Part shown: positions 19,583-30,057 of the stretch, piece after piece | Numbering within the stretch: the first letter of the stretch is position 1 | Layout of the letters: each line of letters opens with the position of its first letter | NCBI GenBank assembly: GCA_016928395.1 | Contig: JAFGKV010000063.1 | Coordinates: 1-64,000, forward strand | Source of the DNA: Candidatus Fermentibacterota bacterium | GTDB lineage: Bacteria; JAFGKV01 | Reading direction: 5' to 3' | Length of the DNA stretch: 64,000 nt | The notes under the pieces: generated by a model | Told to the model about the DNA's origin: nothing | What the model saw: the letters and a program-made list of their open reading frames with translations, nothing else | Databases searched by the model: none | Position numbers and translations under genes: made by a program

Positions 19583-20839
19583 TCAATCAGCGATATGGGG
19601 CGGCTGATAGTCGACGCAAGGATCCACCGATTCCGCGGAGGGGTTCGCCCATCCTGTCTCAAAATACCGGCCCACCATGTCAGGTAACGGCCCCCCGTCA
19701 ATGAACAGGCTGATATTGCGGGAGTCATTGAACCCGCCGTGCGTCCAGTTCGACGTGCCAATCCAGCAGCGCTGGTCATCCGCGATCGCATACTTGGGAT
19801 GCTCGACCCGGGCGAAGGGAATGAAGCCACCCGACCATTCAGGAAGGTTACTGAACCGCACCTCGATGCCCGGAGTCGCCGCGAGGCTCTTCACATAGGA
19901 GAGCGTGCCGGGGCGTTTGTTCCAATTGGAGAGTATGATACGCACCTGGACGCCGCGGGCTGCCGCCCGCTTCAGGGCGCACTCCAACGGCTCGTGGTAC
20001 CTACGCGAACCCACGGGATCAAAGGTCAGAACTTGTGCGCGCAGCATCTTCGCCGCCGAATCGATCAACTCAACAAGAAGCGGTTCGTCCCAAGGGATGC
20101 CCGGCGGCAACGCCTGAGAAGGACTTGCCGCGACGCGAACCACGGTCGATTCATTAGGGGAGGATTCAAGAACGAAAATGCTTCTACAAGCCGTCGTCAC
20201 TGCACGGCCGGGGCTTTGCGCTTCTGCACCGGGATCCCGGCCGGAGTTGCCACGGCGTCGGCCCAAGCTCCAATCCATCGCCATGATCTCCCCGACGGCT
20301 GAAACGATACCTGGATGGCGTACCCGTACGCCCAGTTCGCGGATATGCTCTAAGGATCGCCAGTCCCAGTTCTGTGACCCCACGACCAGGTCGTCATGGT
20401 CGACCACCATGCATTTGGCATGAAGCACTCCGCCCCAGAGCGCCTTCACATCCAATAGCCGTACCTCCGCATCGGGCCACGAGGCTATGGTGTCCAGCAT
20501 CTCGGGATAGGTGCGGGCGAACCCGGCATCCGCCAAGAGCCTGATGCGAACACCACGCTGCTGTGCCAGCTCCAGCTGTGCAAGCACCTCTGAAAATGCA
20601 TGCCCGGCAGTATCAACACTGACGTAGAAGGTCTCGATCTGGATAAGGGAATCCGCCCCGGCGATCATCTCACACCACACCTCAGGGGTGTTTCTCATCA
20701 TGGGATCATCCAGGAGCGTCTCCAGCGGGACGCTCTCCACCAGCTCAAGTGCCAGTGAGATCTCACTCTGCTGAGCATGGCCGCTCCTGGCAAGAACCGC
20801 GCACAGAGTGATGAACAGCACAACCGCGAGACGATTCAT
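19583..20839 (-). CDS. Exported phospholipase D-family protein (PLD3-like)
   Basis: Signal peptide; two HKD motifs LHAKCMVVD and EHPKYAIAD; LELVESVP. Confidence 0.88.
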   Translation of the reverse strand: MNRLAVVLFITLCAVLARSGHAQQSEISLALELVESVPLETLLDDPMMRNTPEVWCEMIAGADSLIQIETFYVSVDTAGHAFSEVLAQLELAQQRGVRIRLLADAGFARTYPEMLDTIASWPDAEVRLLDVKALWGGVLHAKCMVVDHDDLVVGSQNWDWRSLEHIRELGVRVRHPGIVSAVGEIMAMDWSLGRRRGNSGRDPGAEAQSPGRAVTTACRSIFVLESSPNESTVVRVAASPSQALPPGIPWDEPLLVELIDSAAKMLRAQVLTFDPVGSRRYHEPLECALKRAAARGVQVRIILSNWNKRPGTLSYVKSLAATPGIEVRFSNLPEWSGGFIPFARVEHPKYAIADDQRCWIGTSNWTHGGFNDSRNISLFIDGGPLPDMVGRYFETGWANPSAESVDPCVDYQPPHIAD

Positions 20840-20847
20840 GACTCCTC

Positions 20848-22017
20848 CTATTCCGTTACGAAGGCGATGTCGATGAGGCCCTTGCGCCACAGCCCCCGGA
20901 ACAGGCGCCTCGCAGACTCAGCCAACCCGCTGGGATTACCCTGAAGCGGGACTGCATCCAGGATCGCCGCGATGGTGCGCGTCCCGTCCATGAAGCGGAA
21001 CAGCGTAGAGTCGAGGGGATTCATGGAATCCAGCAGCCTGTGGCCGAAGCGTCGCAGCCTGCCCTGGTCCGGCAGAGGCACCATTTGCATGAACGAATCG
21101 TCGAAGAAATCAACACGGTAGTCATCGTCGGGCCTCACCGCGGGGCAGGCAATGACGTAGTGCTGGTTCGTGGCGTGGAAGAGCTCCATGGCGGCCCAGA
21201 CATCCGGTTCCGGAAGGGCCGCAACAGCTCTCGCCAGGGCGTGGCCCATGCCGAGGTGGGCGTCGGGATAGTACAGCTCATTGTTCGCCCACCGCTGAAA
21301 ACGAAGACCGCACCCGTCGAGCAGTTCGATAAGCGCACCTACAGTGTAGTCAATGTCTCGCCTGTTGAGAAAGGTGTCGACAAACACGGTATCGTGGGTG
21401 AACCCGAAGGCCGCGATGAAGCGTTGGGCTGGATGGTGTGGCCCTAAGGCCGCCACCGTGGATCGAACCAAGGCCAATCCTTCCTCGTCCTGCCCGACGC
21501 CCATCGATCGAAACAGCCCCGCCAGCATGCGGATCCCGGCCCGGCCGTGGGCGCCGTACACCATGAGGCTCAGGGACCCGTGCGGACGAAGGATTGTGGC
21601 AAGCTCCGCCAGGCCTGCGGCAGGATCCTCCAGATGATGGAGCACGCCGTGACACAAGATGAGATCAAATGAGACGTCAAGGGCGCTCGCCCTCTCAATA
21701 GGGAGGTGGTGGAGGCTGAGGTTGGAAAGACCATAGTCGGCCTTCAGCCTCCGCTGATGGCGAAGGCTTGTGGCGCTCACATCGATGCCGGTGACTCGCG
21801 CGTCGTGGTTGTAGTGTGCGATGAGGGCCGCCTCCCTGGTGCCGCATCCGGCCACCAGTATCTCGATGGGCCGGGCAGGGACGCGCCGCGGCCAGTATCG
21901 CTCCCACCGCAACCGTGCCTCCTCCAGCGACGGATGATCAAGACAGTAGAGAGGCGAAGGGTACGGCCAGCGTTCGTACTGCTGCGCGAGGCTGTCATTC
22001 ATCGGTTCATCCGTCAT
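20848..22017 (-). CDS. Class I SAM-dependent methyltransferase
   Basis: QYERWPYP, ILVAGCGT, VTGIDVS, FDLILCHGVLHHL. Confidence 0.88.
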   Translation of the reverse strand: MTDEPMNDSLAQQYERWPYPSPLYCLDHPSLEEARLRWERYWPRRVPARPIEILVAGCGTREAALIAHYNHDARVTGIDVSATSLRHQRRLKADYGLSNLSLHHLPIERASALDVSFDLILCHGVLHHLEDPAAGLAELATILRPHGSLSLMVYGAHGRAGIRMLAGLFRSMGVGQDEEGLALVRSTVAALGPHHPAQRFIAAFGFTHDTVFVDTFLNRRDIDYTVGALIELLDGCGLRFQRWANNELYYPDAHLGMGHALARAVAALPEPDVWAAMELFHATNQHYVIACPAVRPDDDYRVDFFDDSFMQMVPLPDQGRLRRFGHRLLDSMNPLDSTLFRFMDGTRTIAAILDAVPLQGNPSGLAESARRLFRGLWRKGLIDIAFVTE

Positions 22018-22349
22018 GGACCCTCCCTATGCTCTGTGCCGCACCGCTCTCGTCACACTGGGTGCATTCGACTCAGTCAACATGGATCAAGATCACCAAA
22101 TCAGAGTCCTCCGAGAGAGGAAGGCAACAGGAACGACTCAGGTGGACGAAGGGAAGACCGGAATCATTGATGGAGGCGCGATGAGTCGGCAATCCGCAGG
22201 CAATCTCAACGTTCATGCCGGATGGCGTATACTCTCCCCGGGCGCGAGACTTCAGACCTCGCGCCCGCGACCCGAAATGGTCGAAAGCACCTGCGTGTGC
22301 CGGATTGAATCCTGTGGGCCTCTTCCTGAACCCCTGCCCAGAGCCCTAG

Positions 22350-22997
22350 TCATCCCTTCTGCTGCTCCTTTCGGAAGAGCGCGTATGAATACGTCACGGA
22401 AAACAGGGTGACCAGAATCAGGGGCGCCATGACACACCACAGCCAGCGGTCGCCAAAGGCGAAACCGATCACCGAGATGACGCCGCAGACACGGAACAAG
22501 GCGCCGGTGACTCGGTGGGTCTGATCCCACACGCGGTCACTGCGCAGAGTCCAGGGAGTGCGTACGCCGACAAACCAGTTGCGCTTTGCATGCTGAATGA
22601 GCACACCGGCATAGTAGATCAGGATGCCGAACGGAATGGGCAGAAGCCTGTTGGGGCTGATCTTCGTTCCCAGGTTCCAGAACAGGATCTGGAGTTGAAT
22701 CACCAGAAGAAACAGCAGGATTAGGATGAGAAAGGTGTCGTAGTATGGCCTGAACACGGCGATGTTGCGCTTCAGCGGATCGATCAGAGGCAGCAGCGTA
22801 CACAGAGCGGCCACTCCTAGCATGGTGACCGGAATGAGGAACACGCCGATAGCCTTGGCCATCCAGCCGTCGGCGTCTCCGGCGGCGTTCCAATGCGAGG
22901 CGATCCGGTCGGGAAGGCGGGGATAGGCCAGCATCGTGATGATGAACGCCAGGCCTATGACACCCACAATGAGCGTGATGGCACGGCCTGCGGGCAT
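22350..22997 (-). CDS. SdpI family immunity/membrane protein
   Basis: LPDRIASHWNAAGDADGW plus RNWFVGVRTPWTLRSDRVWDQTHR. Confidence 0.88.
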   Translation of the reverse strand: MPAGRAITLIVGVIGLAFIITMLAYPRLPDRIASHWNAAGDADGWMAKAIGVFLIPVTMLGVAALCTLLPLIDPLKRNIAVFRPYYDTFLILILLFLLVIQLQILFWNLGTKISPNRLLPIPFGILIYYAGVLIQHAKRNWFVGVRTPWTLRSDRVWDQTHRVTGALFRVCGVISVIGFAFGDRWLWCVMAPLILVTLFSVTYSYALFRKEQQKG

Positions 22998-23242
22998 GGG
23001 TTCTCCTCATGATGAAGCCAAGAAGCGAGAATGCCTAAACGCAGCACAGGGTACAATCCTCGGCTCCGAAACGCTATCCCTTCGTCCCAGACCCAGCCGC
23101 CAGAGAGAATGGGAAGTGCACGAATGCCTGGGGAAAACCACACCACTGCATGCTGAGGAATACCCGGGGATCACGCATCACGCGGCAATACGATTCCATT
23201 CGTGCCTCGCATACCTGAACCTCGCAAGCGCGCCTTCCCGAC

Positions 23243-23280
23243 CATATAGGATCTGTCCTATATAGGACAGATCCTATATG
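23243..23280. repeat. Perfect 38-bp AT-rich palindrome with nested inverted repeats
   Basis: CATATAGGATCTGTCCTATATAGGACAGATCCTATATG equals its own reverse complement. Confidence 0.9.
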
Positions 23281-23435
23281 AATCACAGAGAAATCAAGGC
23301 GAGTCGGGTGATGGATCGGCCTGGGAATGCAGGCCAGACGTCAAAGCCGTGTGGCAGACTCGATCCTGACAGGTAACCGATGGCGGAGGCAAAGGAAACA
23401 TCGCTCACGGGTCGCGGAACCGGGCGGGTTCCCGA

Positions 23436-24023
23436 TCAGGTCGTGCGGTACCCCAAGGATCTGAGACAATGCCCAAGACTCAGCATGGGCAGGCCCAGGA
23501 TGGCGGTGAAGTCGGGCGTGTCGATGGAGGAGAACAGACGGATGCCGAGACGCTCCAACTTGTAGCCACCCGCACAGCCGGCCGGGTGATCGGCCGCCAC
23601 GTATGCCCTGATCTCCTCGTCCGTGAGATCAGGGTGGATTCGCAGAGTGGAAACGACGACCTCCTCAAGGACCCAGCCTTCAATGGGGTAATGTACGAGT
23701 AGCGATGTGTAGAGCCGATGCGCAACGCCTCGCATCTGGGAGAGCAGCGCCGCTGCGTGGTCATCGGTGACAGGCTTGGCACGATGCTCACCGCGAAAGA
23801 CCAGAAGTTGATCCGATGCCACGATGGTGGCGTCCGCATGGATCGTGCACACGCTGACCGCCTTGCCGCGGGCCCGCTCCAGCGACTCTTCGCGGGGTGC
23901 AAGCCCGAGATTGTGTTCCACATACGCGGGGGCGACCATGGAGAACGGAACGCCGAGCGTGGCAAGCAGCTCGCGCCGGATAGAGGAGGTCGATGCCAAG
24001 ACAAGAGCCGGTAGCGCCGCCAT
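23436..24023 (-). CDS. maf: Maf family nucleoside triphosphate pyrophosphatase
   Basis: LVLASTSSIRRELL, ARGKA, ASDQ, CAGGYKLE, ILGLPM. Confidence 0.9.
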   Translation of the reverse strand: MAALPALVLASTSSIRRELLATLGVPFSMVAPAYVEHNLGLAPREESLERARGKAVSVCTIHADATIVASDQLLVFRGEHRAKPVTDDHAAALLSQMRGVAHRLYTSLLVHYPIEGWVLEEVVVSTLRIHPDLTDEEIRAYVAADHPAGCAGGYKLERLGIRLFSSIDTPDFTAILGLPMLSLGHCLRSLGYRTT

Positions 24024-24140
24024 TCAGGAACTCCTCGCCACTTCAAAGCCCACGCCCGTCACGCCACCATCTCCACGCCTATTCGGCCGCGTCCCAAGGC
24101 CCGGGCCTCTGACCGTTCTCCACCGGGTTCGCGGCGTACC

Positions 24141-25676
24141 TCAACTGGAAGGCCCAGGCACTGCAAGGTCTCCCACATTGTACAGCTCCCCGTACTTTGT
24201 GGCCAGATACCGCATATAAGGTCTGACGCTGAGCGGCGCGCCGGTTGCCCGCCGGATCAATTCCTCGGGCTGGAACTTCCGGCCATGACGATAGATGTGT
24301 TCGCCAAGCCAGCCCAGCAGCGTGTCACACCGGCCGTGCTCCATGTCATGCTCGATGTTTGGGTGGGCCGCCAGTGCCGCCCCGTGGATCTGGGCAGCCA
24401 TCACATTGCCCAAAGTGTAGCCCTGGAACGCGCCTCCGACGATGCCGCCGAACCAATGGACATCCTGAAGCACCCCCTCGCGATCTGAAGGCGGTGTGAC
24501 GCCAAGATCCTGTTCATACCGCGCATTCCACGCATCGGGCAGATCCAGGACGGAGAGCGAACCCTCCAGCAGTTGGCATTCGAGATCGAATCTGATCATG
24601 ACATGGAGGTTGTAGGTCAGTTCGTCGGCCTCGGTCCGGATGAGCGAGGGACGAACCGCATTGATCGCCCGGTAAAAGGTCTCTAGGGCAACATCGTCTA
24701 GCTGGCCGGGGAAGGCTCCCTGGAGTCGCGGGTAGAAGAATGCCCAGAAGGGCCGGCTGCGCCCGACGATGTTCTCCCACAGCCGCGATTGACTCTCGTG
24801 CATCCCCGATGAGACTCCCCCCGCAAGGAGACCACCGTCAAGATCGGGGCTGACGCCCATCTCATAGAGCGCATGCCCCGTCTCGTGAATGGCGGCGAAC
24901 AGAGCCTCGCCCAGGTCATCTTCCCGGATCCGCACCGTGAGCCGGACATCGTTCACCCCGAAACTGATGGTGAAGGGATGAGGGCTGATCTCCCGTCGCC
25001 CGCGAGAGAAGTCATACCCGATGCGTTTCTGGAGGAAGGTGCAGAACGCCGCCTGCTCGGCCCGCGGGTAGCCCAGATGCAGGCATGCCTCATCCGCGGG
25101 GTCACAGGCCGCGATTCTCTCCACCAGCGGCGCAAGCCCCATCCGCAGTTCGGCGAAAAGGGGCCGAAGCGTAGCCACGGTCATGCCCGGATCATGCTCT
25201 TCGATGAGCGGATCCACGATGTGATCGAACCCAGGGAAGAAGCCGGCAAGGCGTCGCGAGAGTTCCACGGTGCGCTTCAGGTGCTCGGCAACCCGCGGGA
25301 AATCTGCCGCCTCCTTGGCTCGTGACCACACCTCGTAGGTCTCCGACTGATGCGCGCTGAGTTCAGCGATGAAGGAGGAGGGCACCTTGGTGGCGCGATC
25401 CCAGTCTCGCCGGGCGACCCGGAGAAGACTGGCTTCGTCGCAGTCATGCGGCAGAGTCTCCCCATACGGCGCCAGCTCATCCAGGAGTCTGCCCACCTGC
25501 GGGCTGGTGAGCAGCTGGTGGCTCAGCCGCGAGAGGGTGGCCGACTGTCGGCCTCTGGCTGATGCACCCTGCGGCGGCATCTGGGTTACCTGATCCCAAT
25601 AGAGCACCGCTGCCGCGGCGTTCAGGTCGGACACCTCCCCCAGCAGTCTCTTCAGTTCCGCGAGCTTTTCCCGCAT
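24141..25676 (-). CDS. Carboxypeptidase, M32 (Taq) family
   Basis: HPF, HETGHALYE, MHESQSRLWEN, IRTEADELTYNLH, LQDVHW, YTLGN. Confidence 0.95.
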   Translation of the reverse strand: MREKLAELKRLLGEVSDLNAAAAVLYWDQVTQMPPQGASARGRQSATLSRLSHQLLTSPQVGRLLDELAPYGETLPHDCDEASLLRVARRDWDRATKVPSSFIAELSAHQSETYEVWSRAKEAADFPRVAEHLKRTVELSRRLAGFFPGFDHIVDPLIEEHDPGMTVATLRPLFAELRMGLAPLVERIAACDPADEACLHLGYPRAEQAAFCTFLQKRIGYDFSRGRREISPHPFTISFGVNDVRLTVRIREDDLGEALFAAIHETGHALYEMGVSPDLDGGLLAGGVSSGMHESQSRLWENIVGRSRPFWAFFYPRLQGAFPGQLDDVALETFYRAINAVRPSLIRTEADELTYNLHVMIRFDLECQLLEGSLSVLDLPDAWNARYEQDLGVTPPSDREGVLQDVHWFGGIVGGAFQGYTLGNVMAAQIHGAALAAHPNIEHDMEHGRCDTLLGWLGEHIYRHGRKFQPEELIRRATGAPLSVRPYMRYLATKYGELYNVGDLAVPGPSS

Positions 25677-25850
25677 CTTCAGCCTCCAATGGCCAATGGT
25701 GTTCAATCCGCAGACCGGCCGGCACGCGATGTGCTACTCGAAGGTGAGACAAAGTGGTGAATCACCTCTCTTGTTGCGTCTATGTTTCTATCGCATACAT
25801 TCTGCAGTTGTAGATACGCTCATGCCAGCCTTTTGTGAGGTAGGATACCA

Positions 25851-26120
25851 ATGTACGACCATGAAATCGCCAGTCGAACCCCGCTTCTCTTCGCCATAAG
25901 CACGTGCCCCCGGTGCCAACGAGTGAAGTCGTTCCTGAAAGACCACGGGGTACACGCACACATAGTAGACGTCGATCTCCTTACCCTCTCCGAGAAACGA
26001 CAGCAGTTCGAGTTCGTACGCAGGGTCAACCCCGAAATCTCCTTCCCGACTTTGGTAGTAGGCGACACCGCGGTCTTGGGTGAAGACTACGATGGAATCA
26101 AGGAGGCGCTGAACCTGTGA
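25851..26120 (+). CDS. Glutaredoxin/NrdH-like redoxin
   Basis: STCPRCQRVK (CxxC) and cis-Pro motif SFPTLVVG. Confidence 0.88.
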   Translation: MYDHEIASRTPLLFAISTCPRCQRVKSFLKDHGVHAHIVDVDLLTLSEKRQQFEFVRRVNPEISFPTLVVGDTAVLGEDYDGIKEALNL

Positions 26121-26455
26121 CATCCATCGACACGTACCAGGAGGTTCTCAAGAAGCACGCCGCTTCCCGGGGGCTGACCATGAACCCCGACGAGACAACG
26201 GTGCAGCCGCTATTGGAAGGGTTGCTCGCCAATGGCATGCGGCACGGCCTTCGGACCTGCCCATGCCGGCCCGCAGTGGGCACTGTCGAGGCAGACCGCG
26301 ATATCGTCTGCCCCTGCGTCTACGCCGAGGCTGACGTCGAGGAGTATGGAGCCTGCTACTGCTGGCTTTTTGTCTCAGAGGGGTGGGTTGACGGCACCGT
26401 GCCTCGCCGTCGCGTACCTGAACGCCGCCCACCGGAAAAGACCCTCGGTTTGTAG
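26117..26455 (+). CDS. Ferredoxin:thioredoxin reductase catalytic subunit-like protein
   Basis: CPC...CPC...CYC cysteine pattern; GTGA overlap with the redoxin gene. Confidence 0.9.
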   Translation: MTSIDTYQEVLKKHAASRGLTMNPDETTVQPLLEGLLANGMRHGLRTCPCRPAVGTVEADRDIVCPCVYAEADVEEYGACYCWLFVSEGWVDGTVPRRRVPERRPPEKTLGL

Positions 26456-26504
26456 ACCGCCAGGCTCCTACACCCACATCGCGCTCTCGAGCCGTGTGCC
26501 CCTG

Positions 26505-27626
26505 ATGATGCGAACTAAGCTGCTGCGCTTTGGCGGCATAGGCGTGCTGGTGGCCTCGTCTGTGCTGCTGGGGTTCGCGATCGTGGAAGTCGGGCTACGG
26601 TGGAGGTTCGGAAGACCCCTGCCGCTCCAGGACGAAGTGCTTGATCTCACCAAGCTAGGCTTCCGTTATGGCGTACACAGCATCCACAAAGACCCCTTTA
26701 CAATCAGAATCGTCGGCATTGGTGACTCCTTCGCATTCGGCCCGGTACAGCCTACGTACAACTACCATCACGTCATCGAGCAAGAGCTGCGCGTGAGGCT
26801 ACGCCGACCAGTGGAGGTGATCAATCTGGGGCGTCCGTCCATCGGTCCTGCGGCAGAACTGACCATTCTGAGGGATCTTGGGCTCCGGTTCCAGCCCGAT
26901 CTTGTCTTGTGGACATTCTTCGTGGGCAATGATTTCACCGACGATCCCCCGGGGGTAACCTATGACCTTGAGGATATCCTGGGAAGACGTCACTGGGAAC
27001 ATGGTCTCACGACGAGTACGCTGCCATGGTACGACCGTCTGCGTCTGTCGGGTTATGTGCGTTTCTTGCTGGCCTACCAACACCACGTGGAGTTGCCAGG
27101 AGAAGACCGCGAGGGCAGAATTACCATGGATGAGATCGCCTTTCAATGGGTGGAGAAACAACGGATGAGGCTTCTGCTCTCGGATGACAGCCTTTCAGAG
27201 GCCTATGTCCGGTCGGTGAAACCCAGACTCCAGGCCGCCATCAGACTGTGTGACGACCGTTCGATACCATTCGCTATGGCCATCGCTCCCGATCAGGCCC
27301 AAGTCGAGAAGGCGCTGGCAAGAGACGTGCTTCTTCACCTGCGCACGGCCAACGAACTCGATCCCGACGATCAGGACCGGTTCGAGGAGAGCCACCAAAG
27401 GGGAGACCTCTCGCCGCTGACCGTGGCCCATGATTCCCTGGCAACCCTGGCCCAGCGAGGCGCCATAGTGGTGGACTTGTACGAACCATTCCGAAGGGAG
27501 GGTGCCCAGGGCGGGTTGTACATTGAGCGTCACACCCATTGGAACCGGGCGGGCAATCAGCTCGCCGCCGACGCCCTTGCCGATACCCTGGCCATGATCC
27601 TGCGCACGACGGGGCGTGGCCGATGA
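26505..27626 (+). CDS. Membrane-anchored SGNH/GDSL hydrolase-like protein
   Basis: N-terminal TM, IGDSFAFG, EVINLG, FFVGND, HTHWNRAG. Confidence 0.8.
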   Translation: MMRTKLLRFGGIGVLVASSVLLGFAIVEVGLRWRFGRPLPLQDEVLDLTKLGFRYGVHSIHKDPFTIRIVGIGDSFAFGPVQPTYNYHHVIEQELRVRLRRPVEVINLGRPSIGPAAELTILRDLGLRFQPDLVLWTFFVGNDFTDDPPGVTYDLEDILGRRHWEHGLTTSTLPWYDRLRLSGYVRFLLAYQHHVELPGEDREGRITMDEIAFQWVEKQRMRLLLSDDSLSEAYVRSVKPRLQAAIRLCDDRSIPFAMAIAPDQAQVEKALARDVLLHLRTANELDPDDQDRFEESHQRGDLSPLTVAHDSLATLAQRGAIVVDLYEPFRREGAQGGLYIERHTHWNRAGNQLAADALADTLAMILRTTGRGR

Positions 27627-28180
27627 AAGCCCTGCAATGCCATGGCCCGCATCGAGGGTTTGTGCGTGCCCTTTTCCTCTCGCGCCTCCCACCGGCGGCC
27701 TTGATACTGGGACTGGCCTGGTTACCGACACTGACACGCGGGTGCAGCTGCGCTCCAATGCCGCGCCCGCTGGCCGTAGAGCTCGCCCGTCCCACTGATA
27801 GCGCTCACGTCGACGGATCGACGAGGCGTGCTCTCGTGACGGTTGAAAGCCCGACGGGCATTGGTTCGGCACGCATTGTAAGGGCAGGCACGTCCTGGCC
27901 TGAGACTATCATCCTGGGCCTCTGCTATGCCGATGGCCGACCGTTCTCGCGCCTGGAATCTCTGCGAATCGAGACGGGAGAATGCTCCTGGAGCACCTTC
28001 CTCGGAAATGCCGACACCGTGGCATGCACCGGAGGGAGTGATGCGTCTGCCGAGGGCTCGTTGATCTACGTGCCTGTTCGACGGGGAGAACAAGCCCTCT
28101 CGGTGGAAATCCCCGCTCAGTCTCTTGGCTCCACATGCGACACGCTCCGCGTGTCGTGGATCGACGTCTACCGTCACTGA
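27623..28180 (+). CDS. Hypothetical exported protein
   Basis: ATGA coupling to upstream gene; hydrophobic N-terminal segment; SPTGIG and SWIDVYR segments. Confidence 0.55.
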   Translation: MKALQCHGPHRGFVRALFLSRLPPAALILGLAWLPTLTRGCSCAPMPRPLAVELARPTDSAHVDGSTRRALVTVESPTGIGSARIVRAGTSWPETIILGLCYADGRPFSRLESLRIETGECSWSTFLGNADTVACTGGSDASAEGSLIYVPVRRGEQALSVEIPAQSLGSTCDTLRVSWIDVYRH

Positions 28181-28213
28181 GTGGGCCGCGCCCCCGGCGT
28201 ACGGCTCATCCCC

Positions 28214-29677
28214 TCAGCGCCGGGGGCGAAGCAAAAGATCCGAGATCCACTCAACGCGCACCTTGGCGAACTGCCATAGGTAGAGCAGAGTCTTCTCACG
28301 GCGTCTCACCAGCGGTTCTGAGATCCACGAAAGCGGTATCAATGTGGTCCACCTCAGCACCCCAGTGAGGGCGAACAGGGTCTGCTCAGGCTCGAAGATC
28401 CGCCCACCGAACTCCAGGCCTGGCGGGAGCAGAGCACCTGAGAGGAGCATGGTGGTCATCATGGCCAGACCGGTGCATGCGCCGTACACGCCGGAGTAGA
28501 TCTGCTTCCTATCCTCAGGAGCGATGGAGAGAACGAAATTCATGGCGATGAGCCCGGCACCGGCCCACATGATTCCGGAGGTCACCGCCTCCAGGTAGAG
28601 GACTCCGTGGTGTTGCGATGTCACGAAGACCCAGACCAGAGGATTGATGCCCCCCAGTACGATGGCTATGCGCATACACGCCTTGTTGCCCAAACGATCG
28701 ATCAGAACGCCCCAAGGGCGGAGCACGGCAAGCGAGGCCAGCGTGCTGACCAGACCGTACATCTGTATGTCAACCAACGACATGTGAAGTGTGGTGATCA
28801 TGAATGGTTGCCAGAAGGGCGAACCGATGCCGACGGTCAGCATCCACCAGCACCCATAGGCAAGCAGCATCCTGAAGTTGCGGTCCCGAAACGGCCCTGC
28901 AACAAGCTGGGCGGCCCCGATGCGCTCCAGAGGCTTCTGTCGCTCAGGCTGCGTAACGAGGATTCTCAGCCCGATGAGACCTACCACCGAGGACAAAGCG
29001 AAAAGAGCAGCGAAGCAGTACGGCAGGTTGAGCGGGGCAAAGGTCGATGAGGATGCAAAGATCTTCTTCACCACCCCCGTGATTGCTCCTGTCCCGTGTT
29101 CAAAGGCATCGATAACGGATCCCAGGAGCACGCCGGTGGCGAGGCCCGCCGCTAAGAGGATCTGCGCCCTCCGCGCAAGAAAGCGTGCCCTGATCTCGCG
29201 AGGAATCATGTCGCTGATCCATGCGATCCACGCATTGCCGGCCACCGACTGGAGGGTGGTGCTGAGCAGAAACACCACGAGCACTGCGATAATGGCCAAA
29301 GGAGGCTCAAGCACGAGCGGAACCAGCCCATAGAACACGACAAGGACTCTCGCTATCCCCGACAGGGTCACCACGATTCCCTTTCGGGAGGTGACCTTCC
29401 GGGTAACCACCGCTCCCAGTGGCTGGAACACCTGGGAGAACTGTCCGATGGCCGCTAGGAGTCCGAACTGAAATGGCGTTGCCCCGAGCATGACCAGGAG
29501 TTTGGAGAGGAAGACACTGCCGGGCCACGCGATACTGGCGTGAACCTGCGCGTAGACTCCCTCGACGATGGAGACGTGCATGGTGCGTCGGATGGCCGAG
29601 GCAAGACGCGGCTGCCGCAGGGAATCGCGTGATACGGGTGCACTGGGATGAGGAGAATTGCTCTTGAGCAAATGCAC
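28214..29677 (-). CDS. MFS transporter
   Basis: About 12 TM; AWISDMIPREIRARFLARR, PFRDRNFR, WGVLIDRLGNK. Start uncertain. Confidence 0.88.
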   Translation of the reverse strand: MHLLKSNSPHPSAPVSRDSLRQPRLASAIRRTMHVSIVEGVYAQVHASIAWPGSVFLSKLLVMLGATPFQFGLLAAIGQFSQVFQPLGAVVTRKVTSRKGIVVTLSGIARVLVVFYGLVPLVLEPPLAIIAVLVVFLLSTTLQSVAGNAWIAWISDMIPREIRARFLARRAQILLAAGLATGVLLGSVIDAFEHGTGAITGVVKKIFASSSTFAPLNLPYCFAALFALSSVVGLIGLRILVTQPERQKPLERIGAAQLVAGPFRDRNFRMLLAYGCWWMLTVGIGSPFWQPFMITTLHMSLVDIQMYGLVSTLASLAVLRPWGVLIDRLGNKACMRIAIVLGGINPLVWVFVTSQHHGVLYLEAVTSGIMWAGAGLIAMNFVLSIAPEDRKQIYSGVYGACTGLAMMTTMLLSGALLPPGLEFGGRIFEPEQTLFALTGVLRWTTLIPLSWISEPLVRRREKTLLYLWQFAKVRVEWISDLLLRPRR

Positions 29678-30057
29678 CTTCCGGCTCCTGGAACAACGGG
29701 CTTCGGGTTGAAGGCATGGAGGAAGCTGCAAAGGTACAACATCGATGTCCTATGTTCCATCTACGCGCAACCCGCTCCCCGGTGTTTCATGCGATCACCG
29801 CGTGGTCGAGTGCGTGGGGCCAGAATCCAATGGCCAGGCTGCTCCCATGACACCTTTTCCCGCACTCGGGGTATGAGTGAGAAGTGCCGCTGTGGCAAGG
29901 ACGGAAGCGCGCCTTCTGCGTGAGTGGGCGGGGACTGCAAAGTCCCCAGTGGAGTGACCCTCTGCGGGCCGGCGCAGGATCGCGCTGCCCGGGTGTGGCG
30001 CGCACTCGGCGGAGTCTTCGTTCCTGGAATCCATCGGAGTATGCGAGGGAGGCCACG

